Source: Escherichia coli (GTDB taxonomy: Bacteria; Pseudomonadota; Gammaproteobacteria; Enterobacterales; Enterobacteriaceae). Taken from it: a stretch of DNA of 31,776 bases. Both the position numbers and the translations under genes were made by a program. The DNA is taken from the NCBI RefSeq assembly GCF_003334355.1, contig NZ_QOWP01000037.1; one strand, given 5' to 3'. Positions 1 through 10,054 of the stretch are shown piece after piece; within the stretch, counting starts at the first letter, position 1; every line of letters starts with the position of its first letter. The notes below the pieces were generated by a model. The model had not been told where the DNA came from. It worked only from the letters and a program-made list of their open reading frames with translations, and ran no database searches.

Positions 1-221
1 TGCACCTACCCGTTTTATTACATAACTGAAGAAAGCATTGCATTCCGGGAGCGTCCATATATGTTACCTCGCGCCCGTACCCGATAGCCGAAAGGAATAA
101 GATGAGGGAACCGCGCCAGCGGCGATTTACCGCCGGGAGCCCGGGTTGCCAGGGTGGTGGCGATTGAGCCACCCTGGCACGTTCACCGGCTTGAGCGTTC
201 CATAGTAGCGAGGAACATCAA

Positions 222-443
222 GTGAACGGAACAGCCTTCGATCTTACATATTCAGAATATAATAGTGCCGCCGCTCGCGATGCTGATGGGATCTATCGCG
301 TCATGTATGTCGCAAAATTTGAAGAAGCGGTTTACGTATTGCATTGTTTTCAAAAGAAAACACAGACTACCAGTCAATCGAATATTGATTTAGCCAAACG
401 ACGCTATAAAGAACTTGTTCAGGAGCGGAAAAATGAAAATTGA
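222..443 (+). pseudogene. N-terminally truncated RelE/ParE-superfamily (HigB-like) toxin remnant
   Basis: 73-aa ORF with a GTG start at 222. The C-terminal part (GIYRVMYVAKFEEAVYVLHCFQKKTQTTSQSNIDLAKRRYKEL) resembles the conserved core of RelE/HigB-type toxins. An in-frame TGA at 192-194 prevents any longer N-terminus, so about 30-40 residues expected for this family are missing. Overlaps the downstream antitoxin start by 11 nt. Confidence 0.4.
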
Positions 444-723
444 AACCTTTGATAGTGTGTGGGATGCGGTGAGTGACACCCCTGAACAAGCGGAAAATAT
501 GCGGATCCGTGCCGAGCTTGTAACGATCATTAATAACTGGATTGAACAACAAGGGTTTAGCCAGGCTCAGGCAGCTTCTGCTTTAGGGGTCACTCAACCT
601 CGCATATCTGAACTTGCCAGAGGTAAGATCCAGATCTTTAGTATCGATAAATTGATCACCATGATGGCTCATGCAGGATTGCATATTCAACGTATTGAAA
701 TTCAATATCCACATGCTGCTTAG
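433..723 (+). CDS. XRE-family helix-turn-helix antitoxin (HigA-like)
   Basis: Track ORF 415..723; the likely start is the ATG at 433 (MKIETF...). The motif QAQAASALGVTQPRISELARGK is a typical XRE HTH. Toxin-upstream, antitoxin-downstream order with start/stop overlap is the HigBA-type arrangement. Confidence 0.6.
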   Translation: MKIETFDSVWDAVSDTPEQAENMRIRAELVTIINNWIEQQGFSQAQAASALGVTQPRISELARGKIQIFSIDKLITMMAHAGLHIQRIEIQYPHAA

Positions 724-775
724 TGCTATAAATACAGATGGCGACAAATTGACGCCGCCATCTGCATAACTTGTC

Positions 776-2629
776 CTACATCTTCTCCAGCAACTTCTTC
801 ACATCTTTGCCATTGCGGGAATCTTTATTCCGCTCGGCCCAGTCATTCAGGCGACGTTTCGCTTCGTCCTGTAGATGTTTGCGCAGCAGCTGGTCCACTT
901 GCAGGCTGTAATTGAGTTGCTGCCAGTTGCCATAAACCCGCAGCGGTACTGGCGTTTCTTTGAGGAAATCAATCAGTTTGCTTTCTCCGTTCCAGCCACC
1001 CACGACCCGAATATCAAACTGAGTGTCGCAGGTTTGCTCCGCCAGATTCAACGTACCAGCCCCGGAAAGCGCCAGCATGGGCGATTGACCTTGCATGTCG
1101 TTTAACGTCACGACGCCATCCTTCAACATCAAATCGGTGGTAAAGCGGTCAAGACGCGTCACGTTATCAAAGTTTTCAGCGGCCTTCACATCACCACCAT
1201 TACGCTCTACCGCTTGCTGAATCATCTGCTGGAAGTTCATCCCTTCCATGCGTGTATCCGTCATTTCGACATGTGCCTGTCCTTGCCAGTTGTGGCGGAA
1301 TGCGTCGGCATCTATGTCAGCACCGGAGAAATCACCAGCCAGTGACATCTTTCCAGTCAACGAAATCGGATAGTTAAACGCCTTCAGAATGGTGCCAATC
1401 TCAACGTTTTCCAGCCGTGGCTGGAAGTTTATCCGCGGATTTATTGATGTCGCGTCCAGCATGCCCGGCAGTGAAACCTGTCCACCGTTAAGTTTGCCCT
1501 GCAGTTGAGTAATTTCCAGCAGACCCGACTTGTTGGTCATTTGCGTGGCAACATCTGTAAAATTCATTCCGCGCCAGCGCACGTTACTGGCCTGCAACAA
1601 AATATCAGCCGTAAAGCCTTGCAGTCCCTGATAGGCCGGTTCATCAATACGCGAAGAAATGACCGGGCGCGGCAACGTTGATTGGCTCTGCCCCTGCTGC
1701 GCGGCACCGTTTTCACCGTTCGCTGTTTCATTAAGCGGGATGAGGTTGTCAAGATTCAGTTGCGGAAATTGCAGTCTCAGCTGCCATTCCGGTTGCTCTG
1801 TCAGCGTGACCTGTGCTTGCCCGCTCAGCGTACTGTCATTGGCGGTCAAACTAATTTGGTTAAATGAAAGGCGTTTATGTGACTCCTGCCACTGGGCCTG
1901 GAAACTCCCCTGCCCCTGAATACCTTGTTTTGGTAAATCTGCACCCTGCAACTGCCAGTTAACTTGTTCAATAGCCGCCGTTAAATCATGCGGATAATCA
2001 GAAGCATCTACCGTACCGTTAAGGGATATCGTGAGATCGCGCTGATCGCGATTAACCCGCCCGGAGAACTCAAATGAACCACGATGTTGGGGATCTTGTT
2101 CCATTTGCAGGCGAATATTGCGGATTGTCACCTGCTCGTCATCTTCATGCTGGAACACCAGCACGCTGTCCGCCACCTTAAGACTGGATATATCAAACGA
2201 CCATCCGCGATCGTCTGACAGATCCGGCAAGGTATTGTCGCGTGGTGCAACCGGGGCATCTTCACTGCGTACTGCTTCCGTCTGCGGCGTCAGTTGGATC
2301 ACTGCCCCTTTTAGCATCACCTGCTTAACGCTCAGTTGATGACTCAGCAGTGGTAAAAGCGCCACGTCCAGACGCATGTTGTCTGCGCGAACCAGTGGCT
2401 GGCTCGCGCCCTGGGCAGTGAGAGACATTCGCCCGGAGAGGATACTAAGCTGCGGCCAGACGTGCCAACGCAGTGGCCCGTCGAGCTGCAATTGATAACC
2501 GCTACGTGCAGCAACTTGCTTGACCATATAGTCGCGGAAATCATTCGGATTCACCAGCAACACTAACGCAGATAACCCGGCCACCAGCACGACCAGGAGT
2601 ATCATCAGCGTCGTCAGAAATCGTCTCAT
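776..2629 (-). CDS. asmA: AsmA, outer-membrane assembly / AsmA-family protein
   Basis: 617-aa ORF with an N-terminal signal-anchor (MRRFLTTLMILLVVLVAGLSALVLL); length and sequence match my recollection of E. coli AsmA; sits upstream of dcd-udk in the conserved order. Confidence 0.9.
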   Translation of the reverse strand: MRRFLTTLMILLVVLVAGLSALVLLVNPNDFRDYMVKQVAARSGYQLQLDGPLRWHVWPQLSILSGRMSLTAQGASQPLVRADNMRLDVALLPLLSHQLSVKQVMLKGAVIQLTPQTEAVRSEDAPVAPRDNTLPDLSDDRGWSFDISSLKVADSVLVFQHEDDEQVTIRNIRLQMEQDPQHRGSFEFSGRVNRDQRDLTISLNGTVDASDYPHDLTAAIEQVNWQLQGADLPKQGIQGQGSFQAQWQESHKRLSFNQISLTANDSTLSGQAQVTLTEQPEWQLRLQFPQLNLDNLIPLNETANGENGAAQQGQSQSTLPRPVISSRIDEPAYQGLQGFTADILLQASNVRWRGMNFTDVATQMTNKSGLLEITQLQGKLNGGQVSLPGMLDATSINPRINFQPRLENVEIGTILKAFNYPISLTGKMSLAGDFSGADIDADAFRHNWQGQAHVEMTDTRMEGMNFQQMIQQAVERNGGDVKAAENFDNVTRLDRFTTDLMLKDGVVTLNDMQGQSPMLALSGAGTLNLAEQTCDTQFDIRVVGGWNGESKLIDFLKETPVPLRVYGNWQQLNYSLQVDQLLRKHLQDEAKRRLNDWAERNKDSRNGKDVKKLLEKM

Positions 2630-2650
2630 GGTATCCTCAATGGGCCTGAA

Positions 2651-3232
2651 TTAGTCTTTATCGATTCGGCTGGCTACCGCGCCCTGCTGGTTGCGATATT
2701 TCGCATCTTCACGGCGGTTGTAAGGTCGCGCCGCCGGGCCGGAAAGCGGCTCAAAGCTCAGCGCACCAATTAACATGCCCGGACGCAGCGCCAGCGGCAG
2801 CTTACCGGAGTTGTAGAACTCCAGCACAATACAGCCAGACCAGCCCGGATCGATACGGTGCGCGGTGACGTGCACCATCAGCCCCAGACGCGCCAGTGAG
2901 GAACGACCGTCCAGCCATCCCACCAGATCGGCTGGCAGCGTCACCGACTCCAGCGTCACCGCCAGCGCCAGCTCTCCTGGGTGAAGATAAAATGCCTCGC
3001 TTTCATCGAGTACGATCTCATCGCTCATCACGCGGTCAAGCGCGGCGCTCACTTCATCTTTGGGACCGCTCAGATCGATAAACGCTGCCGTGTGACCACG
3101 GAAGGTACGAAATTTATTGCCCAGGCGTACATCCACCGTCGCGCCGTTAATACGCTCCACTGGCGGACGTGGGTTGATCGACAAACGGCCTTCATCAAGC
3201 CAGGCTTCAATATCTCGGTCACACAGACGCAT
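2651..3232 (-). CDS. dcd: dCTP deaminase
   Basis: 193-aa ORF ([19 protein letters not shown]...), matching the length and N-terminus of E. coli Dcd; 21 nt upstream of asmA on the same strand. Confidence 0.9.
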   Translation of the reverse strand: MRLCDRDIEAWLDEGRLSINPRPPVERINGATVDVRLGNKFRTFRGHTAAFIDLSGPKDEVSAALDRVMSDEIVLDESEAFYLHPGELALAVTLESVTLPADLVGWLDGRSSLARLGLMVHVTAHRIDPGWSGCIVLEFYNSGKLPLALRPGMLIGALSFEPLSGPAARPYNRREDAKYRNQQGAVASRIDKD

Positions 3233-3323
3233 GGCATTTTCTCCTTTCGCGCATCACTCCCTTAACGCCAATTACGTCAAGGGCATACCAGGTTATCACT
3301 GAACGGTACACAATTTATCAAGC

Positions 3324-3965
3324 TTATTCAAAGAACTGACTTATTTTCGCTTTCAATATATCGATCGCAATGCGGTTTTTCCCGCCGCGCGGCACGATAA
3401 TGTCCGCATATTGTTTAGAAGGCTCAATGAATTGCAGGAACATCGGACGCACGGTTTTTTGATATTGCGCCATCACTGAATCCATTGAACGCCCACGCTC
3501 GTTAACGTCACGCTTGATGCGGCGCATCAGGCAGATATCCAGCGGGGTATCAACGAAAATTGAGAAGTTAAGTTCGTCACGCAAACGCGCATCCGTCAGC
3601 AGCAAAATGCCTTCGAGAATGATGACCTTCTTCGGCTCAACCGTCACCGTTTCTTTCATACGCGTATGTTCAACATAGCTGTAAACCGGCAGGTCAATTG
3701 CCGAGCCGCGTTTCAACGCTTGTAAATGCTCAAGCAGCAGGCTGTGATCCATCGCGCTGGGATGGTCGTAGTTGGTCTTAACGCGTTCTTCCATCGACAG
3801 ATGGCTTTGATCTTTGTAATAGCAGTCTTCGGGAATTACGCCGATGTGTTCATCACCGACTTGCTCACGTAATTCACGATAAAGGGTACTGGCAATAAGA
3901 CTCTTGCCGGAAGCCGATGCGCCAGCGATACCGATAATGACGCACTGATGAGACTGATCAGTCAT
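3324..3965 (-). CDS. udk: uridine/cytidine kinase
   Basis: Track ORF 3324..4028 is over-extended. The start at 3965 gives 213 aa ([22 protein letters not shown]...) with a P-loop GxxxxGKS. Confidence 0.9.
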
Positions 3966-4282
3966 ATATTTAGCGACCTGATTAACCTGGATGTTAGGAA
4001 GGGGGCGACGAAGCGCCAAACGCGGCAATTATAGGGATTTCATCCGCCTGATACCAGTCGAATAGCGTTGCCGCGCGCTCAGAGTTAATTGTTGACGAAG
4101 AATTCCCGGTGGCAAATTACGTTGATCAGTTTTATACAAGGTAAAAAATGTTATACGCAGTTGCGCAAATCATCCGCCTTTACGTCACTTTATGAGCAAT
4201 TCGCATATAAAATGTAAAACTTTTGTACTAGCATAAACACAGAAACGAATACTGGCGACCAGGTCTTGCGGATAAAGCGGTA

Positions 4283-7200
4283 ATGAGCAAACAATCACAG
4301 CATGTATTAATTGCCCTGCCCCACCCGCTGCTTCACCTGGTCAGTTTAGGTTTAGTCTCGTTTATCTTTACCCTTTTCTCGCTTGAGCTTTCGCAGTTTG
4401 GCACCCAACTCGCCCCACTGTGGTTCCCGACGTCCATCATGATGGTGGCGTTTTATCGCCATGCCGGGCGCATGTGGCCGGGAATTGCGCTGAGCTGTTC
4501 GCTGGGAAATATCGCCGCATCCATCCTGCTTTTTTCCACCAGCTCGCTGAACATGACCTGGACGACCATCAATATTGTTGAAGCCGTGGTCGGGGCAGTG
4601 CTGCTACGTAAATTGCTGCCGTGGTATAACCCCTTGCAAAATCTGGCTGACTGGCTGCGTCTGGCACTCGGCAGCGCCATTGTTCCACCTCTGTTGGGGG
4701 GTGTTCTGGTTGTCCTGCTGACACCCGGAGACGATCCTCTCAGGGCATTTTTGATATGGGTACTGTCAGAATCCATCGGCGCTCTGGCACTGGTGCCGCT
4801 GGGATTGTTATTTAAACCGCACTATCTGCTGCGCCATCGCAACCCACGGTTGCTTTTTGAGTCGCTGCTCACGTTAGCCATCACACTGACGTTAAGCTGG
4901 CTTTCGATGCTGTATCTGCCGTGGCCTTTTACTTTCATTATTGTGCTGTTGATGTGGAGCGCCGTGCGCCTGCCACGAATGGAAGCCTTTTTGATCTTCC
5001 TTACCACGGTGATGATGGTGTCGCTGATGATGGCCGCGGATCCCTCCCTGCTTGCTACGCCGCGTACGTACCTGATGAGCCATATGCCGTGGCTACCGTT
5101 TTTGCTGATCCTGCTGCCCGCCAACATCATGACGATGGTGATGTATGCCTTTCGTGCGGAACGCAAACACATTTCCGAAAGCGAAACCCGTTTTCGAAAC
5201 GCGATGGAATATTCCGCCATCGGCATGGCATTAGTGGGCACCGAGGGACAATGGCTGCAATCCAACAAAGCACTCTGCCAGTTTCTCGGTTACAGTCAGG
5301 AAGAGCTGCGTGGACTCACCTTTCAGCAACTGACCTGGCCGGAGGATCTCAATAAAGATCTCCAACAGGTTGAAAAGCTGATAAGCGGTGAAATAAACAC
5401 CTATTCAATGGAAAAACGTTACTACAACCGCAATGGCGATGTTGTCTGGGCGTTGCTTGCCGTCTCTCTGGTGCGCCACACGGATGGCACGCCGCTCTAT
5501 TTTATCGCTCAGATTGAAGACATTAACGAGCTAAAACGCACCGAACAGGTCAATCAGCAACTGATGGAGCGCATCACTCTGGCTAACGAAGCGGGCGGGA
5601 TTGGCATCTGGGAGTGGGAGTTGAAGCCGAATATTTTTAGCTGGGATAAGCGGATGTTCGAGCTGTATGAAATTCCTCCGCATATCAAACCGAACTGGCA
5701 GGTGTGGTACGAGTGCGTGCTGCCGGAAGATCGCCAGCATGCCGAAAAAGTGATTCGTGATTCGTTGCAATCACGCTCGCCCTTTAAGCTGGAATTTCGC
5801 ATTGCTGTGAAAGATGGCATCCGCCATATCCGCGCCCTCGCCAACCGGGTACTGAATAAAGAAGGCGAAGTCGAACGCCTGCTCGGCATTAATATGGATA
5901 TGACTGAGGTTAAACAGCTTAACGAGGCATTGTTTCAGGAAAAAGAGCGCCTGCACATTACGCTTGATTCCATCGGTGAAGCCGTGGTCTGTATTGATAT
6001 GGCGATGAAAATTACCTTTATGAATCCGGTGGCGGAGAAGATGAGCGGCTGGACGCAGGAAGAAGCGTTAGGTGTTCCGCTCCTGACGGTGTTGCATATT
6101 ACTTTTGGCGACAACGGACCATTAATGGAGAACATTTACAGTGCCGACACCTCACGTTCCGCGATCGAGCAAGATGTGGTGTTGCACTGTCGGAGCGGCG
6201 GCAGTTACGACGTGCATTACAGTATTACGCCGTTAAGTACTCTGGACGGCAGCAATATTGGTTCGGTTCTGGTGATTCAGGACGTTACCGAATCACGCAA
6301 AATGCTGCGCCAGCTGAGCTACAGCGCCTCCCATGATGCACTGACGCATCTCGCCAACCGCGCCAGTTTTGAGAAACAACTGCGTATCCTGCTGCAAACG
6401 GTAAACAGTACACATCAGCGACATGCCCTGGTGTTTATCGATCTTGATCGCTTTAAAGCGGTGAATGACAGCGCCGGGCATGCGGCGGGTGACGCTTTGC
6501 TGCGCGAACTGGCGTCGTTAATGCTGAGTATGCTGCGTTCCAGCGACGTGCTGGCGCGACTCGGTGGGGATGAATTTGGTCTGCTGCTACCAGACTGTAA
6601 TGTTGAAAGCGCGCGTTTTATCGCTACACGCATTATCAGTGCCGTGAATGACTATCACTTTATATGGGAAGGCCGTGTGCATCGGGTAGGTGCCAGTGCC
6701 GGGATTACCTTGATTGATGACAACAATCATCAGGCGGCAGAAGTGATGTTGCAGGCTGATATCGCCTGTTATGCCTCCAAAAATGGTGGCCGGGGCCGGG
6801 TGACGGTTTACGAACCGCAGCAAGCTGCCGCACATAGCGAACGGGCGGCGATGTCGCTTGATGAACAGTGGCGGATGATTAAAGAGAATCAGTTGATGAT
6901 GCTCGCCCACGGTGTCGCTTCGCCACGGATCCCGGAAGCGCGTAATTTGTGGCTGATTTCACTTAAGCTCTGGAGTTGCGAAGGCGAGATTATTGATGAA
7001 CAAACATTTCGTCGTAGCTTCAGCGATCCGGCGCTTAGCCATGCTCTTGACCGCCGGGTATTCCACGAATTTTTCCAGCAGGCCGCAAAAGCGGTTGCCA
7101 GTAAAGGCATAAGCATCTCCCTCCCCCTTTCCGTTGCCGGTTTGAGTAGCGCCACGCTGGTGAATGATCTGCTTGAGCAGCTGGAAAATAGCCCTCTACC

Positions 7201-7600
7201 ACCACGGTTATTACATCTGATTATTCCGGCTGAAGCGATTTTAGATCACGCAGAAAGCGTGCAAAAACTGCGGCTGGCGGGATGTCGGATAGTGCTCAGC
7301 CAGGTGGGCCGCGATCTGCAAATCTTCAACTCGCTGAAAGCGAATATGGCAGATTACCTGCTACTTGATGGTGAGTTATGCGCCAACGTGCAGGGTAATT
7401 TGATGGATGAGATGCTGATTACGATTATTCAGGGGCACGCTCAGCGACTCGGGATGAAAACCATCGCCGGGCCAGTCGTTTTACCCTTAGTGATGGATAC
7501 GCTTTCTGGCATCGGCGTCGATCTGATTTATGGTGAGGTGATTGCCGATGCCCAACCGCTGGATTTGCTGGTGAATAGTAGTTATTTCGCGATTAACTGA
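4283..7600 (+). CDS. dgcE: diguanylate cyclase DgcE (MASE1-PAS-PAS-PAS-GGDEF-degenerate EAL)
   Basis: 1105-aa ORF with a hydrophobic N-terminal membrane domain, PAS-like repeats and an intact GGDEF motif (RLGGDEFGLLLPD). The C-terminal EAL-like region lacks the canonical EAL, DDFGTG and EGVE signatures. Confidence 0.9.
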   Translation: MSKQSQHVLIALPHPLLHLVSLGLVSFIFTLFSLELSQFGTQLAPLWFPTSIMMVAFYRHAGRMWPGIALSCSLGNIAASILLFSTSSLNMTWTTINIVEAVVGAVLLRKLLPWYNPLQNLADWLRLALGSAIVPPLLGGVLVVLLTPGDDPLRAFLIWVLSESIGALALVPLGLLFKPHYLLRHRNPRLLFESLLTLAITLTLSWLSMLYLPWPFTFIIVLLMWSAVRLPRMEAFLIFLTTVMMVSLMMAADPSLLATPRTYLMSHMPWLPFLLILLPANIMTMVMYAFRAERKHISESETRFRNAMEYSAIGMALVGTEGQWLQSNKALCQFLGYSQEELRGLTFQQLTWPEDLNKDLQQVEKLISGEINTYSMEKRYYNRNGDVVWALLAVSLVRHTDGTPLYFIAQIEDINELKRTEQVNQQLMERITLANEAGGIGIWEWELKPNIFSWDKRMFELYEIPPHIKPNWQVWYECVLPEDRQHAEKVIRDSLQSRSPFKLEFRIAVKDGIRHIRALANRVLNKEGEVERLLGINMDMTEVKQLNEALFQEKERLHITLDSIGEAVVCIDMAMKITFMNPVAEKMSGWTQEEALGVPLLTVLHITFGDNGPLMENIYSADTSRSAIEQDVVLHCRSGGSYDVHYSITPLSTLDGSNIGSVLVIQDVTESRKMLRQLSYSASHDALTHLANRASFEKQLRILLQTVNSTHQRHALVFIDLDRFKAVNDSAGHAAGDALLRELASLMLSMLRSSDVLARLGGDEFGLLLPDCNVESARFIATRIISAVNDYHFIWEGRVHRVGASAGITLIDDNNHQAAEVMLQADIACYASKNGGRGRVTVYEPQQAAAHSERAAMSLDEQWRMIKENQLMMLAHGVASPRIPEARNLWLISLKLWSCEGEIIDEQTFRRSFSDPALSHALDRRVFHEFFQQAAKAVASKGISISLPLSVAGLSSATLVNDLLEQLENSPLPPRLLHLIIPAEAILDHAESVQKLRLAGCRIVLSQVGRDLQIFNSLKANMADYLLLDGELCANVQGNLMDEMLITIIQGHAQRLGMKTIAGPVVLPLVMDTLSGIGVDLIYGEVIADAQPLDLLVNSSYFAIN

Positions 7601-7616
7601 GGCGTGCTTCCCCATC

Positions 7617-7653
7617 GCCTGATGCGACGCTAACGCGTCTTATCATGCCTACA
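7617..7653. repeat. REP (repetitive extragenic palindromic) element
   Basis: gcctgatgcgacgctaacgcgtcttatcatgcctaca matches the enterobacterial REP consensus family (GCCTGATGCGACGCT...CGTCTTATCAGGCCTAC). Confidence 0.75.
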
Positions 7654-7668
7654 AATCGCTCATTCCCC

Positions 7669-7701
7669 AGGCCGGATAAGGCGCTCGCACCGCATCCGGC
7701 G
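7669..7701. repeat. REP element, inverted partner (BIME-like pair with 7617..7653)
   Basis: aggccggataaggcgctcgcaccgcatccggcg is a REP in opposite orientation; lies between the dgcE stop and the alkA stop. Confidence 0.7.
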
Positions 7702-7708
7702 ACCAACG

Positions 7709-8557
7709 TCATGCTTCGTCTGGTTGCCAGCCTTCCGTATACCAGATATGCAACAGCGCATAAGAACGCCAGGGCTTCCAGCGCTCGGCATAACGGCGGA
7801 TTTGCGCCGGTGTCATTCCCGGAAATCGCTGTTTAATCAGATAATCATCCGGCAGGAAAACATCTTTCGCCTGCCAGCCACGCAAAGCAAAATAATTCGC
7901 CGTCCAGCGCCCGATACCCGGAAAAGTTTGCAGCGTTTTCATCGCCTGCTCCACATCGCCCGGTATTGTCATTGGTAAGGTGCCCTCCAGCGCCGCATTT
8001 GCCAGATGAATCAGCGCCTCTGCCCGTTTCAACGGCATACCTAACGCTTTTAATGCCTGCGGGTCTGCTGCTGCCAGCCGCTGAGGCGTCGGGAAGCAGA
8101 TATACTCCGGAAAATCATCCAGCCGTTCGCCATAAAGCTGTGCCACTCTGGCGGTCAATTTTGCCGCCATCGCCACGCTCACCAGTTGGCCTAAAATCGC
8201 CCGCACGCCCTGCTCAAAAGCATCAACACAGCCGGGTAAACGCAATCCGGGCCGCGCCGCGCCTAACCTGCCCAACGCACCGTTAACAATTTGTGGGTTA
8301 CATTGCAGATCAAACAGGCGGCTCATTTTCGCCAGACACTCTGCGGCAACAGGTTCTAAACCTGCACTTAAATTTATGTGCAGAGTATGGCGGGCTATAT
8401 CCGGAATAGCAGTCACCACGCCGCGATATTCGCCCACCGCCAGACTACGGGCATAATAACTGTCCGCGACCGTTTCCACACTGCTCACCGCACGGGCGGC
8501 GAGAAATCCCAACATCCACGACCAGTCATACGGCGGCTGCCAGTTCAGGGTATACAT
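7709..8557 (-). CDS. alkA: DNA-3-methyladenine glycosylase II
   Basis: 282-aa ORF (MYTLNWQPPYDWSWMLGFLAARAVSSVETV...) with a C-terminal HhH-GPD region (GIGRWTANYFALRG...D). Confidence 0.9.
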   Translation of the reverse strand: MYTLNWQPPYDWSWMLGFLAARAVSSVETVADSYYARSLAVGEYRGVVTAIPDIARHTLHINLSAGLEPVAAECLAKMSRLFDLQCNPQIVNGALGRLGAARPGLRLPGCVDAFEQGVRAILGQLVSVAMAAKLTARVAQLYGERLDDFPEYICFPTPQRLAAADPQALKALGMPLKRAEALIHLANAALEGTLPMTIPGDVEQAMKTLQTFPGIGRWTANYFALRGWQAKDVFLPDDYLIKQRFPGMTPAQIRRYAERWKPWRSYALLHIWYTEGWQPDEA

Positions 8558-8690
8558 CGCATCTCCTTATTCATCCGCTTTCAGCATAAACGTTATTCAG
8601 ACGCTGCGCTTTGCTTTCATATTCCGGTTGTCGCGACGGCAACATTTCGCTAAAGTCACGCCCCTTCTTCACCGGCATGGGGATTATTTC

Positions 8691-10043
8691 GTGTTTATTG
8701 GTTTTGATTACGGTACAGCAAACTGTTCAGTGGCGGTCATGCGTGACGGTAAACCGCATTTGCTAAAAATGGAAAACGACAGCACGCTGCTGCCTTCAAT
8801 GCTTTGCGCGCCAACGCGTGAAGCGGTAAGCGAATGGCTGTACCGCCATCATGATGTTCCGGCAGACGACGATGAAACGCAGGCGCTGTTACGTCGGGCG
8901 ATTCGTTATAACCGCGAAGAAGATATCGATGTTACGGCGAAAAGCGTGCAGTTCGGTCTTTCCTCACTGGCACAGTACATTGATGATCCAGAAGAAGTGT
9001 GGTTTGTGAAATCACCAAAATCGTTCCTCGGTGCCAGCGGCTTAAAACCGCAGCAGGTAGCGCTGTTTGAGGATCTGGTCTGCGCAATGATGTTGCACAT
9101 TCGCCAGCAGGCGCAGGCACAGCTGCCAGAAGCGATTACTCAGGCGGTGATTGGTCGTCCGATCAACTTCCAGGGGCTGGGCGGTGATGAAGCAAACACC
9201 CAGGCGCAAGGGATTCTGGAACGCGCGGCGAAGCGTGCCGGATTCAGGGACGTGGTATTCCAGTACGAGCCGGTCGCGGCTGGGCTGGATTACGAAGCCA
9301 CCTTGCAGGAAGAAAAACGGGTGCTGGTGGTGGATATCGGCGGTGGTACGACTGACTGTTCATTGCTGCTGATGGGGCCGCAGTGGCGTTCGCGTCTCGA
9401 TCGTGAAGCCAGCCTGCTGGGTCACAGTGGTTGCCGTATTGGCGGTAACGATCTGGATATCGCGCTGGCGTTTAAAAACCTGATGCCGTTACTGGGCATG
9501 GGTGGCGAAACCGAAAAAGGCATCGCCCTGCCGATTCTGCCGTGGTGGAATGCGGTTGCCATCAACGACGTTCCTGCACAGAGTGATTTCTACAGTAGTG
9601 CCAACGGTCGTCTGCTTAACGATCTGGTACGCGATGCCCGCGAACCGGAAAAAGTGGCCCTGTTACAGAAAGTCTGGCGTCAGCGTTTAAGCTATCGCCT
9701 GGTGCGTAGCGCAGAAGAGAGCAAAATCGCCCTTTCAAGCACTGCGGAAACCCGCGCCTCACTGCCGTTTATCAGCGATGAACTGGCTACGCTGATTAGC
9801 CAGCAAGGGCTGGAAAGCGCTCTCAGCCAGCCACTGGCGCGGATTCTGGAACAGGTGCAACTGGCGCTGGATAACGCCCAGGAAAAACCGGACGTTATCT
9901 ACCTGACCGGCGGTAGCGCCCGTTCGCCGCTGATTAAAAAAGCGCTGGCAGAACAGTTGCCGGGCATTCCGATTGCAGGCGGCGATGACTTTGGCTCCGT
10001 CACCGCCGGGCTGGCACGCTGGGCAGAAGTGGTATTTCGTTAA
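8691..10043 (+). CDS. yegD: Hsp70/actin-fold ATPase YegD (DnaK-like chaperone paralogue)
   Basis: Track ORF 8628..10043; the probable GTG start at 8691 gives 450 aa (VFIGFDYGTANCSVAV...). Hsp70-type phosphate-binding motifs IGFDYGTANC and VVDIGGGTTD are present. Confidence 0.8.
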   Translation: MFIGFDYGTANCSVAVMRDGKPHLLKMENDSTLLPSMLCAPTREAVSEWLYRHHDVPADDDETQALLRRAIRYNREEDIDVTAKSVQFGLSSLAQYIDDPEEVWFVKSPKSFLGASGLKPQQVALFEDLVCAMMLHIRQQAQAQLPEAITQAVIGRPINFQGLGGDEANTQAQGILERAAKRAGFRDVVFQYEPVAAGLDYEATLQEEKRVLVVDIGGGTTDCSLLLMGPQWRSRLDREASLLGHSGCRIGGNDLDIALAFKNLMPLLGMGGETEKGIALPILPWWNAVAINDVPAQSDFYSSANGRLLNDLVRDAREPEKVALLQKVWRQRLSYRLVRSAEESKIALSSTAETRASLPFISDELATLISQQGLESALSQPLARILEQVQLALDNAQEKPDVIYLTGGSARSPLIKKALAEQLPGIPIAGGDDFGSVTAGLARWAEVVFR

Positions 10044-10054
10044 AAGAAAATGGC

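Noticed and set aside
3966-4028. Upstream extension of udk (234-aa ORF in the track)
   Set aside because: The internal ATG at 3965 gives the canonical 213-aa kinase beginning just before the P-loop; the extra 21 codons are probably untranslated leader.
7645-7836. 63-aa plus-strand ORF spanning the REP pair and the alkA 3' end
   Set aside because: Starts inside a REP element and overlaps alkA antisense; no coding signal.
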